Notes under the pieces: generated by a model
What the model saw: only the letters and a program-made list of their open reading frames with translations
Told to the model about the DNA's origin: nothing
Database searches by the model: none
Program-made: the position numbers and the translations under genes
Assembly (NCBI GenBank): GCA_944363565.1
Contig: CALVUI010000001.1
Span: forward strand, 16,818 to 80,817
From: an uncultured Bacilli bacterium
GTDB lineage: Bacteria; Bacillota_I; Bacilli_A; RFN20; CAG-826
Direction: 5' to 3'
DNA: 64,000 nucleotides
Part shown: piece after piece, positions 11,414-21,469 of the stretch
Layout: every line of letters begins with the position of its first letter
Numbering within the stretch: position 1 is the stretch's first letter

Positions 11414-12892
11414 ATGTGGGATACCGTCATTACCATCGTCATGCTCATCGTCCTCCTTCTGGTCCTCATCGGGTTCCACGAAGCCGGACACTTCGCCGTG
11501 GCCAAGATGTGCCACGTCTACTGCGCCGAGTTTAGTCTCGGCTTCGGGCCGAAGCTCTTTTCCCTCAAGCGAAAGAAGGGGGAAACGGCCTTCACGGTCC
11601 GGGCCTTGCCGCTTGGCGGCTATGTCTCGATGTACGGGGAAGAAGGGGACCTCGAGGAAGACGAGGAACTGAAGATCCCGAAGGAAAGAAGCCTCGAAGG
11701 GGTCGGTAAGCTCAAGAAAAGCGCCATCCTTTTGGCCGGGGTCTTCGTCAACTTCCTTTTGACCTTCGTCTTTTGCTACGCCTACGCCCTCTGCTTCCCG
11801 GACTATAGCATCATCCGGGCCCCTGATTTTTCCTCCGACCTTACCTATAGCAACGGCTACCTTTCCCGGGTCTACGAAGCCGGGGAGGACGGTCCTCTTC
11901 CTTACGCCACCCCGGTCGGGGTCTTGTCCTTGGAAGACGAGGCCAATGCCGTCTTCGACTCAACGAGCGAATTCCCCTTTTATTCCGGCATCGTCTTGAG
12001 CCAGCCGGCCCGTCCCGACCTGCCACAGGTCGGCGGCTATCTCTTCGATACCAATGTCACCATCGGGCAAGACCAGTACGTGGCCCTCTTTAGCCCTACC
12101 ACCGTCACTTCCGAATCCTATCTAGTTGATTCCTTGGCCTTCTATCCGGCCATCACCTTGGATGAGGCCCGTTCGAGGGAAAACGAATACAGCCGTGGGA
12201 ACCGCGGCGACCTCGTCGACCTCCTGAGCCTCGATGACGAGACCCTTTCGAAGATCGGGGTCGAAGCCTATCCCGACCTCACGGCCGGGGCCCATAAGCT
12301 CGAAAACGGGGAAGAAGTGAAACTTCACGTTTCCACCCTCTCCCGGAAATCTTATTTGGACGAGGAAGGGCAAGAAGCCTTCCTTCTCGATGTTTCGACC
12401 TATAAACGACACGAAGTGGCCTTGAAAGTCATTCCCAGCGGCGAGAACTTCGTTTTGGAAACCGGGGACTTGGTTCTCAAACCGGCCGAGGTCTGGTATT
12501 CCTTCGCCGAAAGGATGGAAAACGGGACCGAACTCTGGAAGAGCCTTTGGATCAACATGGGGGCCGGCCTCTATGCCCTCTTTACCGGGAACGTCGGCTC
12601 TCTCAGCGGCCCGATCGGAATCGGGGCCACCATGGGGACCTTGGCGAGAGCCAGTGGCTGGGCCTATAGCTTCTTCTACCTCGGAGCCCTTGTTTCCCTC
12701 AACCTTGCCATCATCAACCTCTTCCCCTTCCCGGGACTCGATGGTTGGCAACTTTTGACCACCGGTTATGAGGCCATCTTCAAGCGGAAGATCAGCGCCA
12801 AAACCAAATCCATCGTCAGCTACGTCGGCCTCGGCCTCCTTCTCATCCTTGCCATCTTCATCATGATTCAAGACATTGTGAGGGTCATCTGA
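11414..12892 (+). CDS. rseP: M50-family intramembrane metalloprotease RseP/RasP with atypical central domain
   Basis: HEAGH, FSLGFGP, LPLGGYV, NLFPFPGLDG; dxr-rseP synteny. Confidence 0.9.
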   Translation: MWDTVITIVMLIVLLLVLIGFHEAGHFAVAKMCHVYCAEFSLGFGPKLFSLKRKKGETAFTVRALPLGGYVSMYGEEGDLEEDEELKIPKERSLEGVGKLKKSAILLAGVFVNFLLTFVFCYAYALCFPDYSIIRAPDFSSDLTYSNGYLSRVYEAGEDGPLPYATPVGVLSLEDEANAVFDSTSEFPFYSGIVLSQPARPDLPQVGGYLFDTNVTIGQDQYVALFSPTTVTSESYLVDSLAFYPAITLDEARSRENEYSRGNRGDLVDLLSLDDETLSKIGVEAYPDLTAGAHKLENGEEVKLHVSTLSRKSYLDEEGQEAFLLDVSTYKRHEVALKVIPSGENFVLETGDLVLKPAEVWYSFAERMENGTELWKSLWINMGAGLYALFTGNVGSLSGPIGIGATMGTLARASGWAYSFFYLGALVSLNLAIINLFPFPGLDGWQLLTTGYEAIFKRKISAKTKSIVSYVGLGLLLILAIFIMIQDIVRVI

Positions 12893-15800
12893 TGCGCGAG
12901 AAGATGCGGACCTTCCTTTCCTCGATCGGAATCGGGGAACCGGAAACCTACGACATGGATTTCGTCAAGGTCACGGCCGGCAAGAACTATCTTGGCGAGC
13001 CGGTGGCGGAGATGGACATCAAGAAGCATCTCTTCTGGAATTACGAAGAACTCAAGCCCTTCGAAGAGGCCATGACCCGGGTTGGCTATTGCTGCCAATT
13101 GAACTTCGTCTATGAAGAGGAGCCAAGCCTCGAGGACGTCGATTCTTTGTTCCGCGACTTCTGCCTCGACGTCTTCCATCTCCTTCCTCCTAGGGCCCTC
13201 GTGGCCCTTGGAAAGGATAAGCTGGCCTTCCCGGTAAGCGACAGGATCTGGAACAAAATCCTCGCAGATTTCAATTCCCTTTTGGATTTTCTTTCCTATG
13301 GCAAAACGGTCGAGCAAGTGGACGAAAACGCACCAGCTCCCTCTCTAGAAGAAGAAATGCCGGTGGCAGAAAAGCCAAAACCGGTCGAACCGGTCAAGGT
13401 TGAAGAAACCCCCATTGCCATCTCGGAAGAAATTTCCGAGGAAAGGAAAGAAGCCCTGGCCGAGGCCGAGCAAAGCTACCTCCGTTCGGTCGAGGAAAAT
13501 AGGAGGAGGCAGATCCGTCATAATAGAAGCGACGACTTCACCTACGTCCACACCATCAAGGAATTGAATGCCTATTCGGAAGGCAACTTCACGGTCGACG
13601 GCTTCGTCTACGAGACTAACCTCAGGACTAACAAGTTCGGGAAGATGACCAACATGCTATCCTTGGCCGATGATACCTCCGGCATCCACGTGCGGATGGT
13701 CGAGGGCCGCAATGGTGTCGACGCCGACACCATCGCCTCTTTCGGGGAAATCAAGGACCTTGCCGGCTGCCGGCGCTACCGCGTTTCCGGGTATCTGGAT
13801 TTTGATCGCTTCACGAGCGAAAAGATTTTGGTTTGCCAAAAGATTGAACCGGCACCTGATCTAGCAATGCGGACCGACGAGGAACCGGTCAAACGGGTCG
13901 AGCTCCATCTCCATACCAAGATGTCGGCCATGGACGGAACCGGGGACATTGAGGACTACTGCAAGGCCGCCGAAGCCATGGGGATGAGCGCCCTTGCCGT
14001 CACCGACCACGGCTGCCTCCAGTCCTTCCCGGCCGCCGAAAGGGCGGGAAAGGTCCATAACCTCAAGATCATCTACGGCTGCGAATTCTACATGTTCGAT
14101 TGGCCGGTCTACGCCATGAGACCCAATGACGTTTTGTTGGAGAAGGGGCGCTACTGCGTCTTCGACTTCGAAACCACCGGCCTCTCCCAAAGAAACGACC
14201 GGGTCACCGAGTTCGGGGCCAAGCTCATCGTCAACGGGCAGGAAGTCGATTCGGCCCAGTTCTTCGTCAATGCCGGGGTCGAGATTCCTCCTAAAATCGC
14301 CGCCAAAACCGGGATTACCAACGAAATGATCAAGGCCCATGGCATCTCGGAAGAAGAAGCCATCAAGAGGATCGAGAAGTTCATGGAAGGGACGACCTTG
14401 GTCTCCCACAACGCTCCCTTCGACGTCGGCTTCCTCAACGAGATGAGAAGGCGCCACGGCTATGCCCCCATCGACAATCCGGTCGTCGATACCTTGGCCA
14501 TTTCCTATTACCTTTTCCCCGATGCCGGACGTCATAACCTCGGAGCCTTGTCGAGAGCCCTGGGCTTAAGCGTCTACAACGACGAAGAAGCCCACCGGGC
14601 CGACTTCGACGCCGGGGCCCTCAACGAGGTCTGGTTCTCGATCATCGCCCGTCTCCAGGAAGGCGGGAAGAAGCTGACCCTCCGCGATCTGGCCAATCTC
14701 CCGGTCGAGGAAAGGGGAATCTACAAGCACCTCAAGACCTACCACGTCGTGGCCTTGGCCAAGAACCAAGAAGGACTCAAGGCCCTCTACCGTTTGGTTT
14801 CCGACTCCTCGACTACCTATTTGGCTACCGGGGCGGTTTCGATGCCGAAGATCCCACGGTTTGAACTCGAAAGGGAGAGGGAAAACCTCCTTTTGGGTTC
14901 GGCCTGCTTCAACGGCGACGTTTTCGTCAGTGCAAGCGAGAAGACGGCCGAGGATCTGGCCAAGGCCATTTCCTTCTACGACTACATCGAAATCCAGCCC
15001 AAGGAGAACTACCGCTACCTCGTCGAGATCGGGGACATGAGCAAGGCCCGCCTCGATGAAACGGTGGAATCCATATACAAGGAAGCGAGGAAGCAGGGAA
15101 AGCTCATCGTTGCCACCGGCGACGCCCACTACGTCAACCCCTCCGACAAGGTGACCAGAGACGTCTATATTTCGAGTTTAGGCTTGGGTTCCACGCCCCA
15201 CCCCCTCTTCCCACGTTTCAGGGCCCGTCTACCTTATTTCCCCAACCCCGACCAGCATCTACGGACCACCAAGGAAATGCTCGATTGCTTCAGGGAATGG
15301 CTCCCCGAGGAGGAAGCCAGGGAAGTGGTGGTCAATAACTCCCTCAAGATCGCCGACCTCTGCGAGCCGATCCAGATCCTCAAGACCAAGCTCTATACCC
15401 CCGATAGCAACCTTCCGGGTTCGGCCGAGAAGCTCAGGGCCCTCTGCTATGAAAACCTCCACAAGACCTACGGACCCAATCCCGATCCCTTGATTATCGA
15501 TCGTTTGGAAAAGGAATTGAACGGGATCATCTCCAACGGTTACTCCGTCACCTATTACATCGCCCACCTCATCTGCAAGAAGGTCATGGAGGACGGTTAC
15601 ATCTTCGGGTCCCGGGGTTCGGTCGGTTCCTCCTTTACCGCCACCATGGCCGGGGTCACCGAGGTCAATCCCCTCCCGCCCCATTACGTCTGCCCCAAGT
15701 GCTACCACTTCGAATGGGCCGACCCTCTGGTCCGTTCCGGTTTTGACTTACCGGATAAAACATGCCCGGTCTGCGGGGAAAAACTCAAAAAGAACGGCCA

Positions 15801-17343
15801 GAGCATTCCTTTTGAAACCTTCCTTGGCTTCCACGCCGAAAAGGTCCCCGACATCGATCTCAACTTCCCGCCCGACTACCAGGCCTCGGCCCACGCCTTT
15901 GCCAGGCAACTGCTTTCGACGCCCGAGGAAAACGAGAAGTACGCCCGCCACGAGGTCGTCATCAATCCTCACGTCATCAGGGCCGGGACCGTCTCGACCG
16001 CCGAAAAGAAAAACGCCTTCGGCTACATCAAGAAGTTCTATTACCCCAACTTCCTCAAGAAGGACATCGAGGAGGCCAACCGCGTCTATTTGGGCTGGCT
16101 GGCCATGCGCTGCACCGGGGTCAAGAGGACGACCGGCCAACACCCGGGCGGCATCGTCGTCATCCCCAGCGACATGGACATCTTCGACTTCACGGCCTAC
16201 CAACACCCGGCCGACAACTTCGAAGCCGACTGGCTCACCACCCATTACGAATTCGCGAGCATGCACGACTCCGTTTTGAAGCTGGACTTACTAGGTCACG
16301 TCGATCCCCAGGCCCTGCGTATGATGTCCCTTTTGACTGGAGTTTCGATCTACGACATCCCGATGGACGATAAGCGGGTTATCTCCCTCTTCAATAGCGA
16401 GCGCGAGCTCCATCTCGCCAAGAACCCCCTGAAGTTCAAGACCGGGGCCATCGGCTTACCGGAATTCGGGACCAACTTCGTCCAAGGGATCTTGGAGGAA
16501 GCAAGACCCAAGAACTTCAACGAGTTGCTTTGCATTTCCGGTCTCAGCCACGGGACCAACGTCTGGCATAGCAACGCCCAGGACATCATCGCCGCCGGGA
16601 CCGCCACCCTCACCAACGTCATCGGCTGCCGCGACGACATCATGAACTTCCTGATCTCCAAGGGGGTCGATGCCTCGGTGGCCTTCGATACGATGGAAAA
16701 GGTCCGTAAGGGCAAGGGTCTTGCACCAGAAAGGGAGGAAGAACTTCGGAAGGCCGGGGTTCCCGACTACTACATCGAGTCCTGCAAGAAGATCAAGTAT
16801 CTCTTCCCCAGGGCCCACGCTACCGCCTACGTCATGGGGGCCATGCGAGTGGCCTGGTTCAAGCTTTACTATCCCCTCGAGTTCTACGCCACCTTCTTTA
16901 CCCATCGTTCCGACAAGTTCAATCTCGAGGCCATGGCCGGGGGATACGGAGCTTTGTTAGACGACATCATCCGCCTCAAGTCGATGGAGAAGATGACCGA
17001 TCTCGACGAAGAAGTCCTCAAGACCGACACCGTCGCCCTCGAGATGGCCGACCGTGGTTTCAAGATCGAAAAGATCAACATCATGGAGTCCTTGGCCTCC
17101 GATTGGCGGGTCTGCCATGAACGCAGATCCATCATCCCGCCCTTCAAGGCCATCTCCGGGTTCCCGGTCAAGACCGCCGAGGCCATCGTCGAGGCCAGGA
17201 AGAACGGGGAGTTCATCAGCAAAGAGGATTTGGCCGAACGGGCCCAGGTCGGGTCGGCGGCCATGAAGGTCCTCGATGAGCTGGGTGCCAACGACGGATT
17301 GGGCGAAAGCAATCAGATGTCCTTGTTTGACTTCTCCTTTTAG
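12892..17343 (+). CDS. polC: DNA polymerase III PolC-type
   Basis: RVELHLHTKMSAMDG PHP domain, VFDFETTG exonuclease, SRGSVGSS, KVPDIDLNF, KRTTGQHPGG. Confidence 0.98.
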   Translation: MREKMRTFLSSIGIGEPETYDMDFVKVTAGKNYLGEPVAEMDIKKHLFWNYEELKPFEEAMTRVGYCCQLNFVYEEEPSLEDVDSLFRDFCLDVFHLLPPRALVALGKDKLAFPVSDRIWNKILADFNSLLDFLSYGKTVEQVDENAPAPSLEEEMPVAEKPKPVEPVKVEETPIAISEEISEERKEALAEAEQSYLRSVEENRRRQIRHNRSDDFTYVHTIKELNAYSEGNFTVDGFVYETNLRTNKFGKMTNMLSLADDTSGIHVRMVEGRNGVDADTIASFGEIKDLAGCRRYRVSGYLDFDRFTSEKILVCQKIEPAPDLAMRTDEEPVKRVELHLHTKMSAMDGTGDIEDYCKAAEAMGMSALAVTDHGCLQSFPAAERAGKVHNLKIIYGCEFYMFDWPVYAMRPNDVLLEKGRYCVFDFETTGLSQRNDRVTEFGAKLIVNGQEVDSAQFFVNAGVEIPPKIAAKTGITNEMIKAHGISEEEAIKRIEKFMEGTTLVSHNAPFDVGFLNEMRRRHGYAPIDNPVVDTLAISYYLFPDAGRHNLGALSRALGLSVYNDEEAHRADFDAGALNEVWFSIIARLQEGGKKLTLRDLANLPVEERGIYKHLKTYHVVALAKNQEGLKALYRLVSDSSTTYLATGAVSMPKIPRFELERERENLLLGSACFNGDVFVSASEKTAEDLAKAISFYDYIEIQPKENYRYLVEIGDMSKARLDETVESIYKEARKQGKLIVATGDAHYVNPSDKVTRDVYISSLGLGSTPHPLFPRFRARLPYFPNPDQHLRTTKEMLDCFREWLPEEEAREVVVNNSLKIADLCEPIQILKTKLYTPDSNLPGSAEKLRALCYENLHKTYGPNPDPLIIDRLEKELNGIISNGYSVTYYIAHLICKKVMEDGYIFGSRGSVGSSFTATMAGVTEVNPLPPHYVCPKCYHFEWADPLVRSGFDLPDKTCPVCGEKLKKNGQSIPFETFLGFHAEKVPDIDLNFPPDYQASAHAFARQLLSTPEENEKYARHEVVINPHVIRAGTVSTAEKKNAFGYIKKFYYPNFLKKDIEEANRVYLGWLAMRCTGVKRTTGQHPGGIVVIPSDMDIFDFTAYQHPADNFEADWLTTHYEFASMHDSVLKLDLLGHVDPQALRMMSLLTGVSIYDIPMDDKRVISLFNSERELHLAKNPLKFKTGAIGLPEFGTNFVQGILEEARPKNFNELLCISGLSHGTNVWHSNAQDIIAAGTATLTNVIGCRDDIMNFLISKGVDASVAFDTMEKVRKGKGLAPEREEELRKAGVPDYYIESCKKIKYLFPRAHATAYVMGAMRVAWFKLYYPLEFYATFFTHRSDKFNLEAMAGGYGALLDDIIRLKSMEKMTDLDEEVLKTDTVALEMADRGFKIEKINIMESLASDWRVCHERRSIIPPFKAISGFPVKTAEAIVEARKNGEFISKEDLAERAQVGSAAMKVLDELGANDGLGESNQMSLFDFSF

Positions 17344-17371
17344 TTGTATAATCCAAGGCGCTGCAGCGCAG

Positions 17372-17448
17372 CGGGACATAGCACAGCTTGGTAGTGCGCC
17401 TGGTTCGGGACCAGGAGGTCGCGGGTTCAAGTCCCGCTGTTCCGACCA
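17372..17448 (+). tRNA. tRNA-Pro(CGG)
   Basis: Cloverleaf; anticodon arm CCTGG-TTCGGGA-CCAGG; GTTCAAGTC T-loop; encoded CCA. Confidence 0.96.
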
Positions 17449-17575
17449 CTTGACCAATGAAGCCGACTCGTTCGGCTTTTTTCTTTGTTATAGGGAATAC
17501 CGATCGTCAAAGAATGTTCTCGGACAAAGATAAACCATCCCAATTTATCGCGAAAGGTGGTATTATCACGGGGCT

Positions 17576-17652
17576 GCGCCCGTAGCTCAGCTGGATAGAG
17601 CACCTCCCTCCTAAGGAGGGGGTCAGGCGTTCGAATCGCCTCGGGCGCGCCA
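17576..17652 (+). tRNA. tRNA-Arg(CCT)
   Basis: Anticodon arm CCTCC-CTCCTAA-GGAGG; GTTCGAATC; CCA end. Confidence 0.96.
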
Positions 17653-17975
17653 AGAAGGATTCGGTCCTACCTTAGAGGGTAGGGCTTTTTCTTTATAGCC
17701 AAAGTCAAAGGAATGGTATTTTTATCGCAAAACTCCCTTATCTTTCGGATTTTCCGAAAGAGACGCCCGGCTAGTCTGAAAGTCTTAATGGGTTGATGTC
17801 ACCCTAGATCAAGGACAGATTCAGACGATTAAGAAGACCGAAGGGGACTTCAGGCGAACTCTACTACCGAGGACTCCAACTCTCCCTTTACGCGATTTCG
17901 GACTACCAGTCTTCAAGAAATTCATTGGTCCAACTCCTTATGAAAAATATCCTTTCTCCCGTTTTTTGTTTTCTA

Positions 17976-18004
17976 TTGACAAGGCCCCTTGCCATCCTTA
18001 AACT
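17976..18004 (+). promoter_or_regulatory. SigA-type promoter for tRNA-Ala
   Basis: TTGACA (17976-17981), 17 bp spacer, TAAACT (17999-18004). Confidence 0.75.
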
Positions 18005-18031
18005 TCAAACTGCGCGATTTGCGCAAGTGTT

Positions 18032-18107
18032 GGGGCGTTAGCTCAGCTGGGAGAGCGCCTCCATGGCATGGAGGAGGTCGAGAGTTCGATCCTCTTACGC
18101 TCCACCA
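18032..18107 (+). tRNA. tRNA-Ala(GGC)
   Basis: GGGGCGT acceptor with G3:U70; anticodon arm CCTCC-ATGGCAT-GGAGG; CCA end. Confidence 0.96.
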
Positions 18108-18167
18108 ACACGTAAGATTCGGCCGTTAGGCCGTTTTCTTTTTCTCCGTCCTTGCTAAACTCATGGC

Positions 18168-19874
18168 ATGGAAAAAACTGCGATATACCACCTCAATGAT
18201 TCCTCCTATTGTTTTTCGACTTCTTTGAATCGCTTGGTTATCAGGCTTAGGACCAAACGCGACGATCCCGACATCAGCAAGATCGAAGTCATGGTCATGC
18301 GGAAGTTTGCCAAGAAGCAAATTCCCCATATCTTCGAGATGCATAAACGGGCCCATGATGATCTCTTTGATTACTATGAGGCCGTTTTGACTATTCGGGA
18401 TTCCCGTCTGATGTATGGGTTCTACCTCTATGACAAGGCGGGAAAGAGACACTGCTACGGGGAGATGGGCTTCTGCGAATCCTTCGATGACTTTGCCTGC
18501 GGGAACGGCTATTTCCAGATGCCGTATGTCAACAAAGCCGACCTTGTCAAAGAGAACGAGAAGTTCTCGGGACGGATCTTCTATCAGATCTTCCCCGACC
18601 GCTTCGCCATCGGGGGAGAGCCGACCCTCAAGCCGACCATGGGGTGGGGCGATAAACCCGACCGCGTTTCCTTCGCCGGCGGGAACCTCCGGGGCATCAT
18701 CGAACACCTCGATTATCTCAAGAACCTCGGGATCGGAGGGATCTACCTGACCCCGGTTTGGAAAAGCGACAGCAACCACCGTTACGACACCTTGGACTAC
18801 GGATATGTCGATCCGCGTCTAGGAAGTGACGAGGACTTGGTGGAGCTGGTCAAGAAGTGCCATGAGATGGATATTCTGGTCATGCTCGACCTCGTCTACA
18901 ACCACACCTCCTTCAGGCACCCCTATTTCCAGGACGTCCTGAAAAGAGGGAAGGAGTCGCCCTATTACGATTGGTACATCATCCATCATGATCCGGTCCG
19001 CTTCCTCGAAAGCGACTTCGAGCATTTCGGGAAGGCTAGGTACATGCCGAAGCTCAACATGTCCAATCCCGCTTGTGCCGACCACTTCGTCGAAGTGGCT
19101 TTCGACATCGTCAAACGGTACGGCATCGATGCCTACCGCGTCGACGTCGCCGATGAGATCTCCCATCGCTTCTATACGCGTTTGAATAACCGCCTCAAAG
19201 ACTACGACCCCGACTTCCTCATCATCGGGGAGAACTGGCATGAGGCTTCTTCCTTCCTGAACTCGGGTTTGGAGAACGACGGGACCATGAACTATGCCCT
19301 CCGTTCTCTCCTTATCAAGGCCTTCGCCGAGGAGAAGATGACGGCCAAGGAACTAGAAGAGAAGATCACTTCCCTGTGGTTCCGTTATAAGGAAGGGACC
19401 TCCTTAAACATGCTGAACCTTCTCTCGTCCCACGATACCCCGCGTTTCTTGACCCTCTGCCATGAAGATAAGGCCCGCTTCCTAAGCGCCTATGCCTTCT
19501 TGCTTCTATTCCCAGGCATTCCCTATGTCTACTACGGGGATGAAAGGGGAATGGTCGGGGGAGACGATCCCGATTGCAGAAGATGTTTGGAACTCGATAA
19601 GAACGATCCGGAAATCTACGAACCCATCGAGAAATTGATCCATCTTAGAAAGAAGATCGGCAAGACCTTCAAGGGTTATTCCCTGGCCCATAAAGGCGAT
19701 GTCTTGGCTTTGACATTGACCTATGAAGGAGGGACGCTTTCCCTTCTCATCAATTTGGGAGAAGACATTCGCTTGCAGTCCAATGTCGCTCACGAGGCTT
19801 CTTACCGTTATGACGGAAAAACCTTGAAGCACATGGGTTTTGCGGCTTTTTCGAAGAAAATCGTCATTGAGTAA
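18168..19874 (+). CDS. GH13 neopullulanase/cyclomaltodextrinase-type glycosidase
   Basis: FYQIFPDRF, GIYLTP, NHRYDT, DLVYNH, YRVDVADE, GENW, SHDTPR. Confidence 0.93.
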   Translation: MEKTAIYHLNDSSYCFSTSLNRLVIRLRTKRDDPDISKIEVMVMRKFAKKQIPHIFEMHKRAHDDLFDYYEAVLTIRDSRLMYGFYLYDKAGKRHCYGEMGFCESFDDFACGNGYFQMPYVNKADLVKENEKFSGRIFYQIFPDRFAIGGEPTLKPTMGWGDKPDRVSFAGGNLRGIIEHLDYLKNLGIGGIYLTPVWKSDSNHRYDTLDYGYVDPRLGSDEDLVELVKKCHEMDILVMLDLVYNHTSFRHPYFQDVLKRGKESPYYDWYIIHHDPVRFLESDFEHFGKARYMPKLNMSNPACADHFVEVAFDIVKRYGIDAYRVDVADEISHRFYTRLNNRLKDYDPDFLIIGENWHEASSFLNSGLENDGTMNYALRSLLIKAFAEEKMTAKELEEKITSLWFRYKEGTSLNMLNLLSSHDTPRFLTLCHEDKARFLSAYAFLLLFPGIPYVYYGDERGMVGGDDPDCRRCLELDKNDPEIYEPIEKLIHLRKKIGKTFKGYSLAHKGDVLALTLTYEGGTLSLLINLGEDIRLQSNVAHEASYRYDGKTLKHMGFAAFSKKIVIE

Positions 19875-19967
19875 GAGCCATCCTTTCCCATCCCGCACGT
19901 TTTTTGCGTGAATTTTGACGCCAAACTTGTTTCTAACCGATACAATATAATAAAGGAGCGAAAGCGT

Positions 19968-20186
19968 ATGGCAACCGAAGGCAAAGGCAACACCTATCTC
20001 ATCAGCAAACGCGCCGAAGACGGAAAGTGGCAAGTCAAAATCCGTGGCGGCGTGAAGGCAATCAAGCTTTTCGACACCAAGAAGGAAGCCTTGGAATACA
20101 CCAAGGGGATGGCCATCAATCAGGAACGGGCCGTCTTGGTCCACGCTTCCAAAGGACCCAACAAAGGCAAGTTCCGGAAGTCCTGA
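19968..20186 (+). CDS. Small DUF2188-like protein
   Basis: AAGGAG SD before ATG 19968; GKWQVK...FDTKKEALEY...VLVH pattern. Confidence 0.75.
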   Translation: MATEGKGNTYLISKRAEDGKWQVKIRGGVKAIKLFDTKKEALEYTKGMAINQERAVLVHASKGPNKGKFRKS

Positions 20187-20199
20187 TTTTTCTTCATCC

Positions 20200-21135
20200 A
20201 TGCTACTGACCTATTTTTTCATCGACCGGGCCATCGGCGAGGTTTATGGCACGCGCAAAGACGCGTCGCCGCTCTTAGACTATTACACGGCCTCCGACCT
20301 CGGACTGAGCGAGGAATTGTTCGACTTTGTTTCCGACGGACGCAAGATTTTCGGTAGCCGTTATTACAAAGAGGGGCTTCCGGCCCCCAAGGCCCTCGTT
20401 TGCTTTTTCCATGGCCTCGGGGGAGGACGTTCTTCCTATCTCCACCTCATCTCCAAGATCGTCGAAGAAGGCTACTTGGTTTATGCCTTCGACAATACCG
20501 GCAGCAACCAAAGCGAAGGCTCTTCGATCATCGGCCTCGGCCATTACTACCTTGACCTCAAGGCCTTCTTTGCCTTCCTCGACAAGGACCCCAAGGCTCA
20601 AGGCCTAAAGCGTTTCGGAATCGGCCATTCCTGGGGCGGGTACGCCGCGATGCTTTCCTTGGATCCCGCCTTCAAGGTCGAGAGGGCCGTCTCGATGGCG
20701 GGCTTCGTTTCCCCGCTCCTCGAAATCATCGCCATGGCCCATAACCCCTATCTCGCCAAGATGGCCTTCCTCATCAAGGCCGTCCTCAAGAGGAGGGAAG
20801 GGGAGTATGGCAACGTCAATGCCCTGGACATCGCCATCAAGAGCCATAAACCCCTTCTCTATATCCAAGGGAAGGCCGACGATACCGTCACCTATGAATC
20901 CAGCGGCCGTTATGTCGAGGAGGCCAGCAAGGAACATCCTGAAATTGAGACCATGTTCATCGAGGGACGTAACCACAGTTGCTACCTCGTCGACGAGGCC
21001 GAAAGGAAGACCGGGGAGCTTTGGAAGGTCTCCCGGAACATCAAGATGGCGGGGAAAATCGATACCGATTTGCCCTTCGTGTCGAAAGAAGATCCGGAAG
21101 TCCTAAAAAGGGTATTCGACTTTTTCGCCCGTTAG
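20200..21135 (+). CDS. Alpha/beta hydrolase
   Basis: HGLGGG, GHSWGG nucleophile elbow, QGKADDTV, NH; start uncertain. Confidence 0.85.
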   Translation: MLLTYFFIDRAIGEVYGTRKDASPLLDYYTASDLGLSEELFDFVSDGRKIFGSRYYKEGLPAPKALVCFFHGLGGGRSSYLHLISKIVEEGYLVYAFDNTGSNQSEGSSIIGLGHYYLDLKAFFAFLDKDPKAQGLKRFGIGHSWGGYAAMLSLDPAFKVERAVSMAGFVSPLLEIIAMAHNPYLAKMAFLIKAVLKRREGEYGNVNALDIAIKSHKPLLYIQGKADDTVTYESSGRYVEEASKEHPEIETMFIEGRNHSCYLVDEAERKTGELWKVSRNIKMAGKIDTDLPFVSKEDPEVLKRVFDFFAR

Positions 21136-21154
21136 GCGTATATTACGTGGGCGT

Positions 21155-21239
21155 GCGCTGGTGGCGGAATTGGTATACGCGCTAGTCTCAGGAGCTAGTC
21201 GGGCAACCGGTGTGAGTTCAAGTCTCATCCAGCGCACCA
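21155..21239 (+). tRNA. tRNA-Leu(CAG)
   Basis: Class II cloverleaf; anticodon loop CTCAGGA; long variable arm; CCA end. Confidence 0.95.
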
Positions 21240-21247
21240 TCAAATAC

Positions 21248-21324
21248 GCGCTCGTAGCTCAGCTGGATAGAGTGCAAGCCTCCGAAGCTTGAGGTCAGGC
21301 GTTCGAATCGCCTCGGGCGCGCCA
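21248..21324 (+). tRNA. tRNA-Arg(CCG)
   Basis: Anticodon arm CAAGC-CTCCGAA-GCTTG; CCA end. Confidence 0.96.
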
Positions 21325-21469
21325 AAGGAAAACGACCTGTGGGGCCTAACCGCCCCCAGGTTTTTTCTTTTGTTCGATGATAGGACCCTTCCAATTGGTT
21401 CCTAACGGAAGCATCGCCAGTTGACGCTTTCCGCTTGTTTTAATTCCATTCTTGGGTAACATTGCGGCG

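Noticed and set aside
17621-21324. Identical 32-bp direct repeat (17621-17652 and 21293-21324) that could be attL/attR
   Set aside because: Both copies are 3' halves of complete tRNA-Arg genes; the DNA between is host-like and has no integrase
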